Origin: Octopus sinensis
Taxonomy: Eukaryota
Direction: 5' to 3'
Length of the DNA stretch: 64,000 bases
Assembly (NCBI RefSeq): GCF_006345805.1
Contig: NW_021835467.1
Location: forward strand, 1-64,000
Shown: piece by piece, positions 25,600 through 38,206 of the stretch
Layout: every line of letters begins with the position of its first letter
Numbering within the stretch: position 1 is the first letter of the stretch
Translations under genes and position numbers: made by a program
The notes under the pieces: generated by a model
The model's database searches: none
Told to the model about the DNA's origin: nothing
What the model saw: the letters and a program-made list of their open reading frames with translations, nothing else

Positions 25600-26990
25600 T
25601 AAAACATGAATCCGTGCGAAATTGATTTGATTGGATAATAAGGTGATTGGTGCTGAGGACACAACTGCTGATTTTGGAAACGACATCATTATTGAGATTA
25701 TTATTCAGCCGTTAAATTGGAAGATCTGTGGATGTTATGGCATATAATAACTTTTTCTTGAAAAAATTCTTTGCAGTACACAATGACCTCTGTAAGAAAG
25801 TTGTAAGTAGTTCTTTGTCGAAATGACCTATCTCATTCTAAAAAAAGAAATTTGTGACTCACCTAACAACCTGAGGCCAATTATTTGCATGGAAAATATA
25901 TATTAACTTGTAACATGTGTGAACAACAAATTGAGGACCTACATTGAATTATTCATTAAGCTAAATTTTTATCAAAAAGAAATTGGTGAAGTTAGAATGA
26001 AGAGGGATGGTTTGCAAGGTGATTCTTTATCGCCGCAAATCTTTGTGCTCGTCCTGGACCCCCTGAGTAGAATATTGAATGCAAATTTCCAAATGTATTA
26101 AGAACGCTCAGATATACTTAACGAACCACTTGTTATTAATGGACGACCTAAAAGTGTTTGCACGGGAGGATGACACTGTAATTAGGTTGATGGCCGAGGT
26201 TGATAAATTCTTTCAAGCAACCCCATTGGACCAAAATGTTGAAAAGTCTGAAACTAATCTTGAGAGGTTGAGTAAAAAAGCCACCCTGTTTGACAAAATA
26301 AATAATTATCGTTACTTTTGAGTATTGGAAAACATGGATAGCAGCGTCCTGAAAAATAATACGATGACTTTAATCTCGGATGCAGTTAAAAGTAGGATTA
26401 ATAGCCCGGCAGATTTGAAACTGAATTATGAAATTTTTTAAGGCTGTTAATGAGCATGCATTGTCGTTATATAAGTACGTATCCGGCTCACTGATATCGA
26501 ACCATGTGAATTTGAAAATATTGGAAAGAATCTGCGCAAGATACGCCACTGAGCACGCATGAAACCTGGAAACAAAGATAGACTTTATTTTCTAACAGAC
26601 CGACTAGGAGAGGGATTGGTTTCTGTGATGCATAAAAGTAAGCGAATGTTTCCCCAATCTGAACTCTCCAAGATCGGAGGGAATGCTGTGTATGATTCAG
26701 GACTGCAACGTATTTTTTGACAGCAGTGTTAGTAGTTGCAACCGTCGTATCATTGGTTCTCACAGGGATAGAATAATATTTAATTTTACAAGCACTATCA
26801 TAAAAGTCGAAGATTCAACTCGTGTCTATGTCCAGACGATCGTGATTAAAAAGACAAAAGAAAGCATGCGTCCGAAACACAAACTTTTAGCTACGCCGGC
26901 GAATCACCTAACAAGTTTCGCAATGAATGTTGGGACAATCAATGAGCGACTGAAATAGACCCACTACGAGATATTAGTGGAACCTGTATT
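25600..26990 (+). mobile_element. Degenerate R4/Dong-like non-LTR element
   Basis: NLRPIICM, LQGDSLSPQIFVLVLDPLSRIL, NHLLLMDDLKVFA and a decayed RPDIVIKDK endonuclease motif; many stops and deletions. Confidence 0.75.
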
Positions 26991-27158
26991 CCAGCCCATG
27001 AGCCTGAAAATAGGAAACGGCAAAGAAAATGAAGTTGAAATCAATACTATTTGGAAAAGATATTATTCCACTTTTAAAATTCCATTAATTTTTTTAAATC
27101 GTTAATTAGTAATTTAAAGATAAATAAATTATAACGGGATGATGTGTACGTATTAAGA

Positions 27159-27717
27159 ATGGTAAGACTAAAAATCATCATTTGGATAGAACTGTGACAG
27201 AATCATTGAAAGACTAACAATATACTCAAAATTAAGATGGTTTTGTACATCACTTCTACTTCTATGCTTTGCATTGCGTATCATAATCGGTCAAGGCTGG
27301 TACGTGGTTGCCTATATTTTGGGCCTCCATTTGCTGAAATGGTTTGTTGAATTTATTTCTCCACGTTTTTTACCTGATGATAATTATAACCTCCCAAATC
27401 AAGTGGAAAAAGAATTTCGACCATTTGTAAGAATACTTCCTGAATTCAAATTCTGGTAAATTTGTTTATTTTTTTTTGGTTGCGAGGAACTACATCCATT
27501 TCCATCGGACTCGTTTTGACTTTATTTAACTTTCTCGATATACCTGTATATGTTCCTATTCTTGCGGGCTACTTTCTCTTCTTATTATTTTTTACACTTT
27601 TCGGGCGTGTTAAGGTAATCAATGTAATTGTTTTTTTAGCATATGATCAATCACGGATACCTTCCCTTCGACGTTGGCAAGACAAAGTACACTCCAATTG
27701 ACATTACAAGTATTTGA
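27159..27717 (+). CDS. RER1: Rer1 Golgi-to-ER retrieval receptor (160 aa)
   Basis: GQGWYVVAYILG, EFRPFVRILPEFKFW, FLDIPVY, HMINHGYLPFDVGK; introns of 28, 23 and 25 nt give an intact frame. The 23-nt intron ends TG rather than AG. Confidence 0.93.
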
Positions 27718-27821
27718 ACTAATATTTTTTAATTTGATCTCGTTATACTAGTTCAAAATAATACTGAATCTATTTTACGTGTTCTATTCCGAATTTTTGA
27801 TTCCATTGCAATGATAATAAG

Positions 27822-29571
27822 ATCAATCAATCAACAACTTTATTTAGGTAACAACGAATAGTATGTGGGGTAATAATTAATGAAACGGTAAGGCTTGCTT
27901 ACCGACTTCTTCCGCGAAACAAAAAGAAAGGAGGGACCCCAACCTCTCAGTATAGAATTACCTTTGCAGGTAAGTCCCAGTGACTGTTGACCAGAGTTTG
28001 TAGTTTTTGATGTTTTTTTCAACGATTTCCCCCACCGTAGGCGTTTTAGCCTCGAGCCATGGGGGAATCGGCCATTCCAGGCTTTGGGAGTAGGCGATTT
28101 TTAACGCCAGTCTCCGAGTTTTCTCAAACTTCTCGATAATGGAACTCCTCTTTCTAGAGAAGTACCATGCCTCTTTTCCAAATATAAGTCCTGGTAAGTA
28201 CACCGTGTTAAAAACATAAAGGAAAGTATCTGGTTCCAGATTTAACTTTCTTAAGCAAAACAGTGCGTTTGTTGCTTTCTTTTTTTCGAATTTTCGCATT
28301 TTCAGTGTATTTACCATTTTCTTCAATTTGCAATCCCAGGTATTTTATTGAATGTTGTCGTGGTATGTTAGTAATCAGACAAGGTGAATTTTTAAGATTT
28401 CTACTTTCTGTGATTCTCAACAGGGCAGACTTCTCACGTGCGACAACCAGCATGTTATTTCTGCACCAAACTTCGATTTCTTCCATATATGACAGCATTC
28501 GTTGTTCAGATAAGGCAGGTTTCGGTGAAGCATCGAGGATGACCACATCATCATTAGAATTTCCGTCCGTACATTGTTTGGGGAAGGTAGATTACTCATG
28601 ACAATGTTAAATAACAGAGGACTGAGTACTGATCCCTGGGGGACACCTCTTTTTAATTTTAGCTCATCCGAGTCGTGGTTCAGTAAGCTTACCACCGATC
28701 GTCTGTCGCGGAGGAAGTCCTGTAACCATAGGAACAGTTCTCTATCTATCTGACACTTCGCCAGATGTCTCAGAAGGCCAAAATGCCATACACTGTCGAA
28801 TGCCTTCGAAATGTCAAGACAGGCCATCGTCAGAGATCCCTTGGTATCCAGAGCCTTCATAATTAACGAATTTACCGTATAATGACAGTCCCCACAAGAG
28901 CGATTTCTGCGGAAACCCCACTGCACATTTTTTAGAATATTTTTGCTCTCCACATGTTCCGAGAGTCTCCACAGCATTATCCTTTCCATGATTCGGCTGA
29001 TGGAAGGAATCAGGCTTATCGGCCTATAGCTTGTTGGCAAATAGCGAGGTTTTCCCGGCTTTAGTATCATCCTAACCTCCGTTAATTTCCAGGAGGAGGG
29101 GACGTATCCCAAATGAAGACTACAGGAGAAGAGACATCTCAAATATTCATAAAGTTCCCTCGGTGCTTCTTTGAACAATCGCATTGTTATCTTGTCTCTT
29201 CCCGGGGCATTATCCTTTGAGCATTTTATTGCGTCCTCCACGTCTTTGCAAGTTATAGCTTTCGTGCACAAAGGCAACAAGCTGAGGAGTCCATCCAATT
29301 CTTTTTTCATATGACACAGTGCTGGGCCAGATAACTGTAAGTCCGGGTTGACCTCCTGAGTTTCTTTAAGACTGTCTCCAAATATATTTGGGATTTCTTC
29401 AAGAGAAGCGGGGGATCCATCTTGATTTAACAGTTTCGGTATTGTTTCCTCGGATTTTGAAGTGGATAATTTTCCGAAAACCTTCCAAAAGTTTGGATTT
29501 GCTTTATGTAATTTATTGCACTCAGCTTTCCATTTTTTATTCTCAGCAGCAATTGTGGTGAAACTGATGGG
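27822..29571 (-). mobile_element. 5'-truncated Jockey-like LINE with (GATT)n tail and 12-bp TSD
   Basis: APGRDKI, YRPISLIP, LDISKAFDSVWH, GVPQGSVLSPLLFN; the YADD motif is destroyed by a frameshifting deletion near 28550; TSD aatgataataag at 27810-27821 and 29572-29583. Confidence 0.92.
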
Positions 29572-30302
29572 AATGATAATAAGGTGAAACTGGTGGGAAT
29601 GAAATATTCGTTTTATTTCAAACAATATTTTTACCAGAATTATATGTGGTACCGATAGTGTAAAAAGTTTTGTTTTTAAGAAAGTTTCTTCTCATTAAAA
29701 ACCACCATACACTAAACTAAATTCCAAAGACAATTTTAATATTTGTTGGATCTAATTTTGTGCTTACAGTACCGAAGAGCATCTTCGTAATATTGAAGCT
29801 CGGAATTTAGACAAAAATCGATCTTAACCACCAACTGCCAAAAAGAATTAACGAGTAGTTATATTATTAGTGTATATTAAATTATTTAAAAAAGTGACAA
29901 GTTGTCTCAAATGCTTTAAATATTACATGATAAAATAACCATTGAAAAAGCAACTAGAATCTGTTGTACTGAATGGAACTCTTGAAAGTATGCTAATTAA
30001 ATACAAGCATGGGATGAAGGTATCTGGTGATAAATACGCCTCTGCTACCGACCAACTTGTGAAACTGACATGCTTTTGGGACACGTCAATTGAAGCTATG
30101 GGACATATAACAACTTTGTTTGGCGGAGAGTTAGAGAGCGATAAGAGTAAGGAACTAATAGCAGATTCTCCCCTTAAATGAAAGAGAGATTTCCAACAAT
30201 AAAGCGTGAAAATGTTAATTAAATAATGTAACCTTAGTTAAATTTGATTTGGTTTCAACAAAATTTTTTGTAACTTAAAAAGTGACAAATCAATGAAATA
30301 TA

Positions 30303-31929
30303 TTAATAATAAAAGGAACAAGCCTGGCACAATAGGACAATTAGATTCGTGTTCATAAGGATTGTACAATTATCAACACACATTCCACTGATCAGTAAAT
30401 TAATGATATCAGCATGAAAAATGAGTGAATTCCCCAATATTTGGTTCATTAGATCAGAAATTTTTATTTTGTTCATGATTGTGGTGGCTGTCACGTTATA
30501 ATTGAACACATCTGCCATTGTTAGATGTAGTGAAATTAGTAATACTAGACTCATTAGAGTCATATGTCCAGTGAATTCTGAAAAATTGACGATGCTTTTA
30601 GTTTTGCATTTATCAAATATTATATTATTCAAAACAGATGCAACTTGCTTAAGTTTATCAACCAATAGAAAATATTTTTTGTGGTTATCAAAACTTTTAA
30701 TATTTTCCCTTAAAAGATATTCACTAATTTTTATTGTGTCCGTAAAATCAGTTTCTTCTTGACCAACAAAAGCAATGACAACCAGCTTGTTAAAATTATT
30801 TTCTGAGGTAACCACAAGTAGATCATTAAGACTCAACTTGCTAACTAAGTAACCAGCTAGCTTTGGCAAGCACATTGCCATTTGAGTAATCAAATATATT
30901 GTTGATTTTATAGAATTTTTACATGTCTTCAACTGAAGACTCCACTGTTCAAATGTCTTTACTGACGCTGCGGAGACTTTTAACCCGTAATTATGAAAGT
31001 CCTTTCCTTTTTTTGTTTTGATTGCTTTTGAGTATATGGGGTCCACAAATGCTTCAAGCAAAACAAATTCACGAACGGAAAGCTAAAATATTAAACTATA
31101 AGCAATTACTATTTGGAAAAACTTATCCCTTTTAGAAAAAGAAATTATATAATCATTTGTGGCTCCTACAATTTTAGAATTACTAGAAAAAGAAATATTG
31201 GTCTGGATAGAAAGTCTTTCCATGTTGAGGATTTTATTTTTCAGCAAAACTAATTTTTCTACAATTTTGCATAGTTTCATATTAATTGGAATGGAGAAAT
31301 CAAGTTGTTCAAATAGAATTTTAAGCATGGGGCTTGCGAAATAAAATTGTAACATTTCTGTAGGAATATCGTGATACAGTACTTCAGTTATATTAAAGGA
31401 CGTCATATTAAACTTTTCAGATGAGCTATTAAAACTTTGGCTTTTAAGCACATTATAAATATCTGTCTTTTCTTCAGTATTTTCCTAATTGATAATTAAT
31501 TTTTTAGATTGTAATACGGTAAAGATGACGTTTTTTTGAATATAATCTGTAATCTGATAATAACTAATTTCAACAAAACATTACTGATTCAGATGATTCA
31601 ATGTCATTTTCTGAAGAATTAAAAACCAATTGTGTGCTATTCAACTGATTTTTAGACAAAATGTCGCTGGGTATAATCTGCCTCCGTATTTCAGCAAATT
31701 CTGATTAATTATATCAACACTAAATACCTTCTGCTATGTCAAAACTCTTGTGCTGCGAGTTTTCAGACTCATAAAAAAGTAAAAACTATTAACTTACCGA
31801 ATCAATGCTTTCTTTTTGTGGTGGAAGAAACTCGAGTTCTTTAAGCTCGTCATTATGCTTTTTGATATCTCTTTGACAGTTTCTGCAGAAGTTTGGCATC
31901 CATATATTTTCTTTAAAATGTGTACACAT
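30303..31929 (-). CDS. Probable reduced PEAK1/PRAG1-like pseudokinase (about 490 aa), 6 exons
   Basis: Open frame over five 27-33-nt introns; N-terminus MCTHFKENIWMPNFCRNCQRDIKKH resembles the PEAK1 N-terminal CxxFxExxWxPxxCxNCxxxxxxH motif; C-terminal half has degenerate kinase-like segments (LITQMAMCL..LSLNDLLVV..KLVVIAF). Confidence 0.6.
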
Positions 31930-32255
31930 TCAGTAAATTTAGAAGTTAATTTGCGCACCATGTAATATTATAAAAACTCAACCCGTAATTAATCGTAACT
32001 GTTACGGATAATAAGTTAAACAGTGACAAATAGACGCTTAATAAATATTGTTTAGAAAGTAATCGTCACGTTTCTGAAAGACTTTTAAATAGTTTCAAGT
32101 CAATCCAAGCAGTAAATCAGATCTTATCATGGAACATGAAAAATTGTAAATTAGACAAACGGAGATTGAACCTATAATCAACACTCAAAAATGGCATAGC
32201 TACAGTTTAAGTAAAAAATTTCCCAAGATCACACAAAAGCTAGAATCCAACAATT

Positions 32256-32855
32256 ACAGTGAAACCTTTTGAATCCACTGCTTCACGAATCTGTCGCTTC
32301 TCAAATCCGCCTGTTTTATTTAAAAATTTGAAATGTCATATAGATGATTCTCGAATCCGTTCTTTAAGCTAAGAAAATTTCATGAAGACAGTGGATCGGT
32401 AAATCGTGATAAAAAATCTATTGGTAATTTTAGTGACACAATTAGTTTAAAATTAAATAAATTGAATTGGAAAATGTTTATAATGTAGGTGAAACCGGTA
32501 ATTGTTACAAGGCGATTCCTTCTAAAAGTGTGTGTACTAAATCAAGGAATGAAATAAAATTGTCAAATGATCGATTTTTATTACTATTATGGACTATTTG
32601 TTCCGGTTTGGATAAAAGAAAGCATGTAATAATAAGAATATTAAAAAGTCTAAGGTGTTTTAAAAATTTTAACTTTGTAAATCATGCTACTTATACCATT
32701 TAATAAAGAATGTATTAGCTGCGAAATGTTTAATAAATGTCTAAGTGATAGTGATTTTGATTGCGAATTTGCGAAGAAAAAATCTACTTTTAACAAACTT
32801 TCTCGAATCCGCTGATTTCTAAAATCCGACAATTTTTTGATCGGTCCCAACTTCC
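32256..32855 (+). mobile_element. Internally deleted degenerate pogo/Tigger copy
   Basis: Left TIR cagtgaaacc...gaatcc after TA; ENVYNVGETGNCYKAIPSKSVCTKSR matches the element at 55421-57393; right subterminal repeats truncated. Confidence 0.8.
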
Positions 32856-32959
32856 TGGACATCACTTTTTTGCGATCTAGGATGCATGAGTAATTTTATA
32901 GAGTTCTTTGCTCATCTTTTTCGGCCAGCAAATTCGTATGAGTATTCTTACTTAATTGT

Positions 32960-33900
32960 TTTCTGTGAAAAGAGGTGAGTTGATTTAGTTCTTTGGCGGT
33001 TAGACCCCAGGTCCCCGTGTTGTAGAGCAGGATCGATTCGACAAAGGTGTTCTACAGTCGAATTCAAATGCGGGTTCTTATTTACAGATCTTTTATATTT
33101 TATGAAAGAGGCAACAGCCATCACTTTCATTTAAATAACATCCTCCGAGTTCCTAAGGATGGATCCAAATTTCTTGCATGTTTTTTACTTCTCCTTCTTT
33201 CTTGTCCCGAGGCGGGACATGGTAGTTTCTTTCGTTTTGCTTGGATGTAATACCAATAACAGTCCTTCAACAAATGAGGAATCACTTTTAATAAGTTTTC
33301 CATTAAGTTCTGATCTTGGTAAACAAAATCAATATCGTCGGCGTAAATAACTTCTATCACGTTCATAAAACATTTATTTTTCCGAAGAAGTCTTAGAGCT
33401 TTGTCCAGGTAGATTATGAATAAGATCGGATATAACGAGTCGTCCTGAGGTAGGCCAGTGTCGGTTTTAAACTTCACCGAGATATAATTTGCCACATACA
33501 CTGATAGCGTATTCATGAGCATAACCAGGCGAAACTTTAAAAATTTCCCTTCTTCTTTCCAGGTTTCTGAATTGGGATTTAGGTCAAATAAGCTGTGACA
33601 TTTAAACGTCCTGGTCAAGACTATGCAGATCAACTCAACCACTTTGTCCGGCGCGTATTTAAATAATTCTGCCCTCACGTTGTCTGGTTTCGAAGCTCTT
33701 CCATTTTTAGCTTGCTCAAGGCTGAAATGACTTCATAGCGCGTGATGTCTTTACTGAGTCCACTGGGAGTTTCTTTGAATTGTTCCAGATGGTCATTGAG
33801 ATTTATTCATCCATTGTAAAAGGGTTCAATTTTGTTTGCTGATTTTTTTGTCATCAATTATGGTTTTTCCCGCATAATCGAACGTTTCGTGAAGCCTTAA
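32960..33900 (-). mobile_element. RTE-like non-LTR RT fragment
   Basis: EVISALSKLKNGRASKPDNVRAELFKY, TGLPQDDSLYPILFIIYLD, IYADD, LLYNTGTWGLT. Confidence 0.8.
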
Positions 33901-34189
33901 CTAACGAATAACTCCAAATAGTATGACCACTGAAAATAGTATGACCATCCAAATAGTTTGCATTTGTTGCGTTTTCTTTTAAAGAATCGGTAAGGCTGAT
34001 CAAATTTGACGATTCTTTTAGGAGACTGAGTTTCCTTTGTTCTTTTGCTAATTTGTCTATTTCTTTGTCAAAAGTCTCCTTGAATCTCTTAATTTTGGTA
34101 GAAATATATCTCTATAGTAGTCCGGGAAACACATTAGAGTATTGTTTAACAGTTTGAGTATTTCCTCCCCATACTTTATACGGTTAGAA

Positions 34190-34939
34190 GCTGAAACACA
34201 TAATATCTCCGCGGCTAATTTCCAGCCCCGTGTACGAACTGCAAGTACTCCGGAGAATCCAAAGCATCGCTTTAGAATAAGATATGTCACCAGTAGTCGA
34301 TGATCACTCGAGGTAATCGTGCCACTGTAAGTATGGAAGTTTGTGAGTAACGTCTTCTGTGTTTGTCTGCATAATATGTAATCGATTTAGTTAAATGTAT
34401 GGACAAGATTTCTGTAGGAGCATCTCCTCTGGCCAGTCCATAGCATAACATTTCGAGCTGCAAGTCGAAATGCCGTGTTACAGAGGAACAGTCCAAAAGA
34501 CTCCCCGGACAGATTTTTGATCTCGTGCTGGACTTCCTGGGGACCGACACGCATCCGTCCATCACCAATATCAACAAAAACTATTTGGAGGAAGATTTTT
34601 GCAACATTTAGCTGCCTGCCACTGACGAAAGGGTAATTTTTGAAATCCACATTCTATAACTTCTAAGACTCAAGTTCAGTTTCCACTTTGCAGGCCCACG
34701 GCGCTAAAAAACCAATATCGTCTACACTTACAAGGTTGTCTTTTCGGGTCATTCCAAAGCCGTGAGGAGCAGCGAAATTTCCGTGATCCAGGACGAGGTG
34801 ATCATGTTGTTGGGGGACTACCATGAGGCTGATTGGTGTTATGTAATATACCACACTCTACTCCCAGGTCATGAAACTCGACTCCAAGTTGACAGGGTAC
34901 GTTGCGGGAGTTTTATACAACCAACTGATTAATATTTAA
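34190..34939 (+). pseudogene. SH3-domain gene, copy A (disrupted); 5' limit uncertain
   Basis: Splicing a 25-nt intron gives YTYKVVFSGHSKAVRSSEISVIQDEVIMLLGDYHEADWCYVMKLDSKLTGYVAGVLYNQLINI* (SH3 pattern). Upstream there are in-frame stops, an acceptor changed from AG to AT, and a 1-nt deletion relative to copy B. Confidence 0.7.
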
Positions 34940-36315
34940 CACTTAATTATAAGGTGGCTACCCTATAAAACAATACATCTACACTTCTTTAGACACCAAT
35001 GTCAGCAAATTGTTCACTAATTGAAATATCCAAACTCCACCCACTTGCAAACCAACTCTCCGGCCACGGACTCGACTCCACTGCACTCAAATGTAGTCCT
35101 TATTTCACATCAAAGTCTTCTTTGAAATACCTGGTGGCTTCATTGCCAAACGACTTAAAAAGTATTCTCGCGGTTACCAGGAGGGTGACTTTTACCAAAA
35201 TATTTCCCACTCTGCCGACCAGTTTTTCACCAAATTGTCCTCATTTTCCCCCAAATTCCATGGCCTGGCGCATGACAAACAAGGAGGTGTGGCACTTCTT
35301 TATGTGCAGGGCAGTACATTTACTTGGAAAACATATTCCGGAACTTCACCAAACCGACATCCGCCGACATCAAAATTGGGTTCCTCAAAAAAGAAAAGTA
35401 CCCGGCAGCCGACCAAATCATGTTTCAAATAAGTGGAATGAAAGTATTCGAGAGGAAGCACTTTTAGGTCCACCAACCTGACGGATCCTGCCACACCCTC
35501 TACAAGTCGGACGGAGCCAACTGGACGAGCATACTATCAGGGACGGTGAGGGGTCTTTGTCATTTCAGAGTTGCAAAAGTTTTTTCTGCAAGACCACAAG
35601 TTGGGGGACGGAAGGAGACGGAAAATATTGGCTGAGTTAAGGGACATGCTCACTCTTTTGAAGGCCCAGTCAGCATGGCACTTTGTTTCGAGTTCGGTAA
35701 TAATCGCCTACGAGAACGAGAACGTGTCCAATTGGAGTGAGGGACAGGTGGCTGTCAACATCATTGACTTTTCCCACGCTTCTCCTGCCCAGTCGAGGGA
35801 CATTTATTCAATCAATGGATTGGCTAATTTAATTAATTTCATTTCGAATTTATTCGATTTGGTTTAATCAGACTCAATCACTTATTCTTTCATTTCACAC
35901 AAATTCACTAATACATCTCCTAATTTGATTATTCTAATGACTATTCATTCAAAAAGATTACATCTAATTTATCTACCAAATAAAAAACAAGATTATAGTT
36001 AGATAGCAATTCTACATTTTGCAAATTTGCCATTCCTTTCCCAAAGAATTAATTTTATTTTAACACTTTCCAAATAATTTCTGGATAAATAACATTGAAA
36101 ACGCCCAAAGATATATCAAAATATTCTGAGAAACTCTTATAATGTACACTCTAATTTGAAATAATAAATTAAGTAAGTTTATTCAAATTGTTTTTTATTT
36201 GTATCAAAGCATTATCTTTTAGGAGATTGTGTTTTCAATATTTTCCATAAGGTTTTCAGAATTATAACAGCATTAGTTCGGCTTTATCTCCTATTGATTG
36301 GGACAAGATACATAA
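34643..36315 (+). repeat. Segmental duplication, copy A (partner 53759-57582)
   Basis: Colinear high-identity match spanning the SH3 3' exons, the IPK gene and about 450 bp of downstream non-coding DNA. Confidence 0.95.
34999..35867 (+). pseudogene. Inositol polyphosphate kinase, copy A, frameshifted
   Basis: PxxxDxKxG (KPTSADIKIG), SSSVII and IIDFSH motifs; 1-nt deletion near 35514 (ggagccaac versus ggacgccaac in copy B). A sequencing error cannot be excluded. Confidence 0.82.
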
Positions 36316-36409
36316 TTTCTAAAAATAAATACATCGTAGATTTACCATTAAGTTCATCTTCGACAAACGATGCCTCGTTATTTTTATCTAAATTATAAAT
36401 AAGATTATA

Positions 36410-37744
36410 ACCTGGTATTTCATGAATCACAGTGTTAACTCCAGAAATATCCCTAAACTTTTAAAGGGGGTCTCATTGATCGCCGAGTGGTGTGTCGTAT
36501 TATAGGAAAAAGTTACTTTGTCTAAAAATTGTTTCCAATTTTTACGTATTTTCTTTATGTAGAGAAATTGTACAATAAGACCGGTTTCAGTAGCATGTTG
36601 TATAATTTGATTTTTAGAGAGGTCGAAATTTGTTTGTAATATGTCCGCTGTATTGTTTCCAATTTTTAGTTCCTTCTTTATTCATCAGTTTTGCCATACC
36701 ACGTGTTAATGTTTGGTTAAAGCGCTCAATTACACCCTAATTTATTTCAAATTTATAAACTTGTGACTGGGGATGGTTTGGTCTTCAATGAATATGTTTG
36801 ATTTTATTTTCTCCACATATCTGATCCATCAGTTGATTTTTGAATTCCAATCCGTTGTCTGTTTTAAAAATTTGACAATATCCAATTCTTCTAACATCAA
36901 TAAGATCCGCCTGGAATCTTTTATTTGGACTTCTTGCCGTTACATGATAATTAGAATCGGATACCTAAGTATATTTAATCAAAAATACTTTTAACGGCCC
37001 AGCAAATTTAAAAATTTCGCAGTCTTTTTTAATTTGTTTGATAATAGGGCGTTTCACAGTAAAATAAAATTCACAGCACTTCTTATGAAGCTTTAGTATT
37101 CCCCAGTGACATTCTTGGTGAATATTTATTTATTAAAGACCAAACACGGGCAAAGTCAGTTAATTATAGTTATTCCCGTGATCGCCGATCCAAACGAGGG
37201 AGATCCTTCTGAAAGGTTCGATCCTGCCCGCATGATCGGCCTGAGACGACGATGTCCCAGGGTCTGAGAGCTAGAAGTTCTTTTTCGGTAGGCATTAAGT
37301 GCCTCCTGAGCGTTGCCATATCCGATTGGAATTTTCCGAACTGACATGGTGGACCCCATAACGCCACGCTAAGACCGGAAGGTAATAGCGAATGCCAGTG
37401 TCTTCATCTCCATTTAATTGTCCAAAAAGATAACAAATTTGTGTTTTTGGTTATTATCGTCCTTTAGATAGAGACTACGAATTAGGAATATCAAATATAC
37501 CGATCATCAATTATCATAAATTGATTCGCTTTTTTAATAAGTTTGTATTTTTCGGATTTAGATGTAGTTTGTACGGGTATTTGGAGTAGTGCATTTAAAA
37601 TATTTTTATATTCACTGTCATTTTTCACGTAACCTAAGGATTGAGACTATATTAATACAACAACTTTTGGAAGATACCTTTTTTTAATTAAAATGACTTA
37701 AACTGGTCGCCAGCGTGGTATGGTCGCCAGCTATGGGCGCGACA
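36410..37744 (-). mobile_element. Second Ginger-like integrase element, truncated and decayed
   Basis: Terminus TGTCGCGCCC at 37744; HQECHWG...YFTVKRPIIKQIKKDCEI, QGVIERFNQTL and FSYNTTHHSAINETPF parallel the element at 11321-13171. Confidence 0.8.
37125..37383 (-). mobile_element. 259-bp GC-rich retroposed insert with (ATAA)n tail and 4-bp TSD
   Basis: Removing it restores the integrase frame TLAFAI/HQECH; TSD aata at 37121-37124 and 37384-37387. Confidence 0.75.
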
Positions 37745-37749
37745 TATTC

Positions 37750-37960
37750 CATGCTCTGTGGGTTACCACAGCTGCCTCCATGCGTACTGCAAAGCCCATC
37801 TAATAATGGCGACAGTCTGACGGCGACAGGAGCATTCGGTATCTGTTTATTGTTTCATTAACGCCATTAGGGACTTTGGTCTCCTGCAGACAGCATACAG
37901 ACATTCCATATCTTTTTAAATCCGTACATAGGTGTTGTCTTTTTAATGCGGAGGTAAGTC
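37750..37960 (-). mobile_element. APE endonuclease fragment of a non-LTR element
   Basis: YGMSVCCLQETKVPNG motif (xxxLQETK). Confidence 0.65.
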
Positions 37961-38206
37961 CTCTTTCATTAAACGATCCAATAGAAAAAAGGAAAGATTA
38001 AGTGCATTGGTCGAGGTGGTGACGTCCCTCTATTGCACACATGTCTTATTCAATCACTCCAACGGGTTGACTTTATTTATATAAGAAACGAGCATACTCT
38101 CTAAGGTTTCCTTTAATGGAAAAGGTATTTTAATTAATGAATTAAGTAAATATAAATAATAAAATTATACTTGTATAGTAGATTAAATAAAATCACATAC
38201 ACGTCG

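Noticed and set aside
29942-30181. 79-codon ORF as an independent gene
   Set aside because: TTG start, no motif and no intron signature; unsupported.
34640-34910. L1/Tx1-like endonuclease-linker reading on the minus strand (GPAKWKLNLSL)
   Set aside because: The plus strand gives a coherent SH3 domain with a spliceable 25-nt intron in both duplicates; the minus frame is full of stops.
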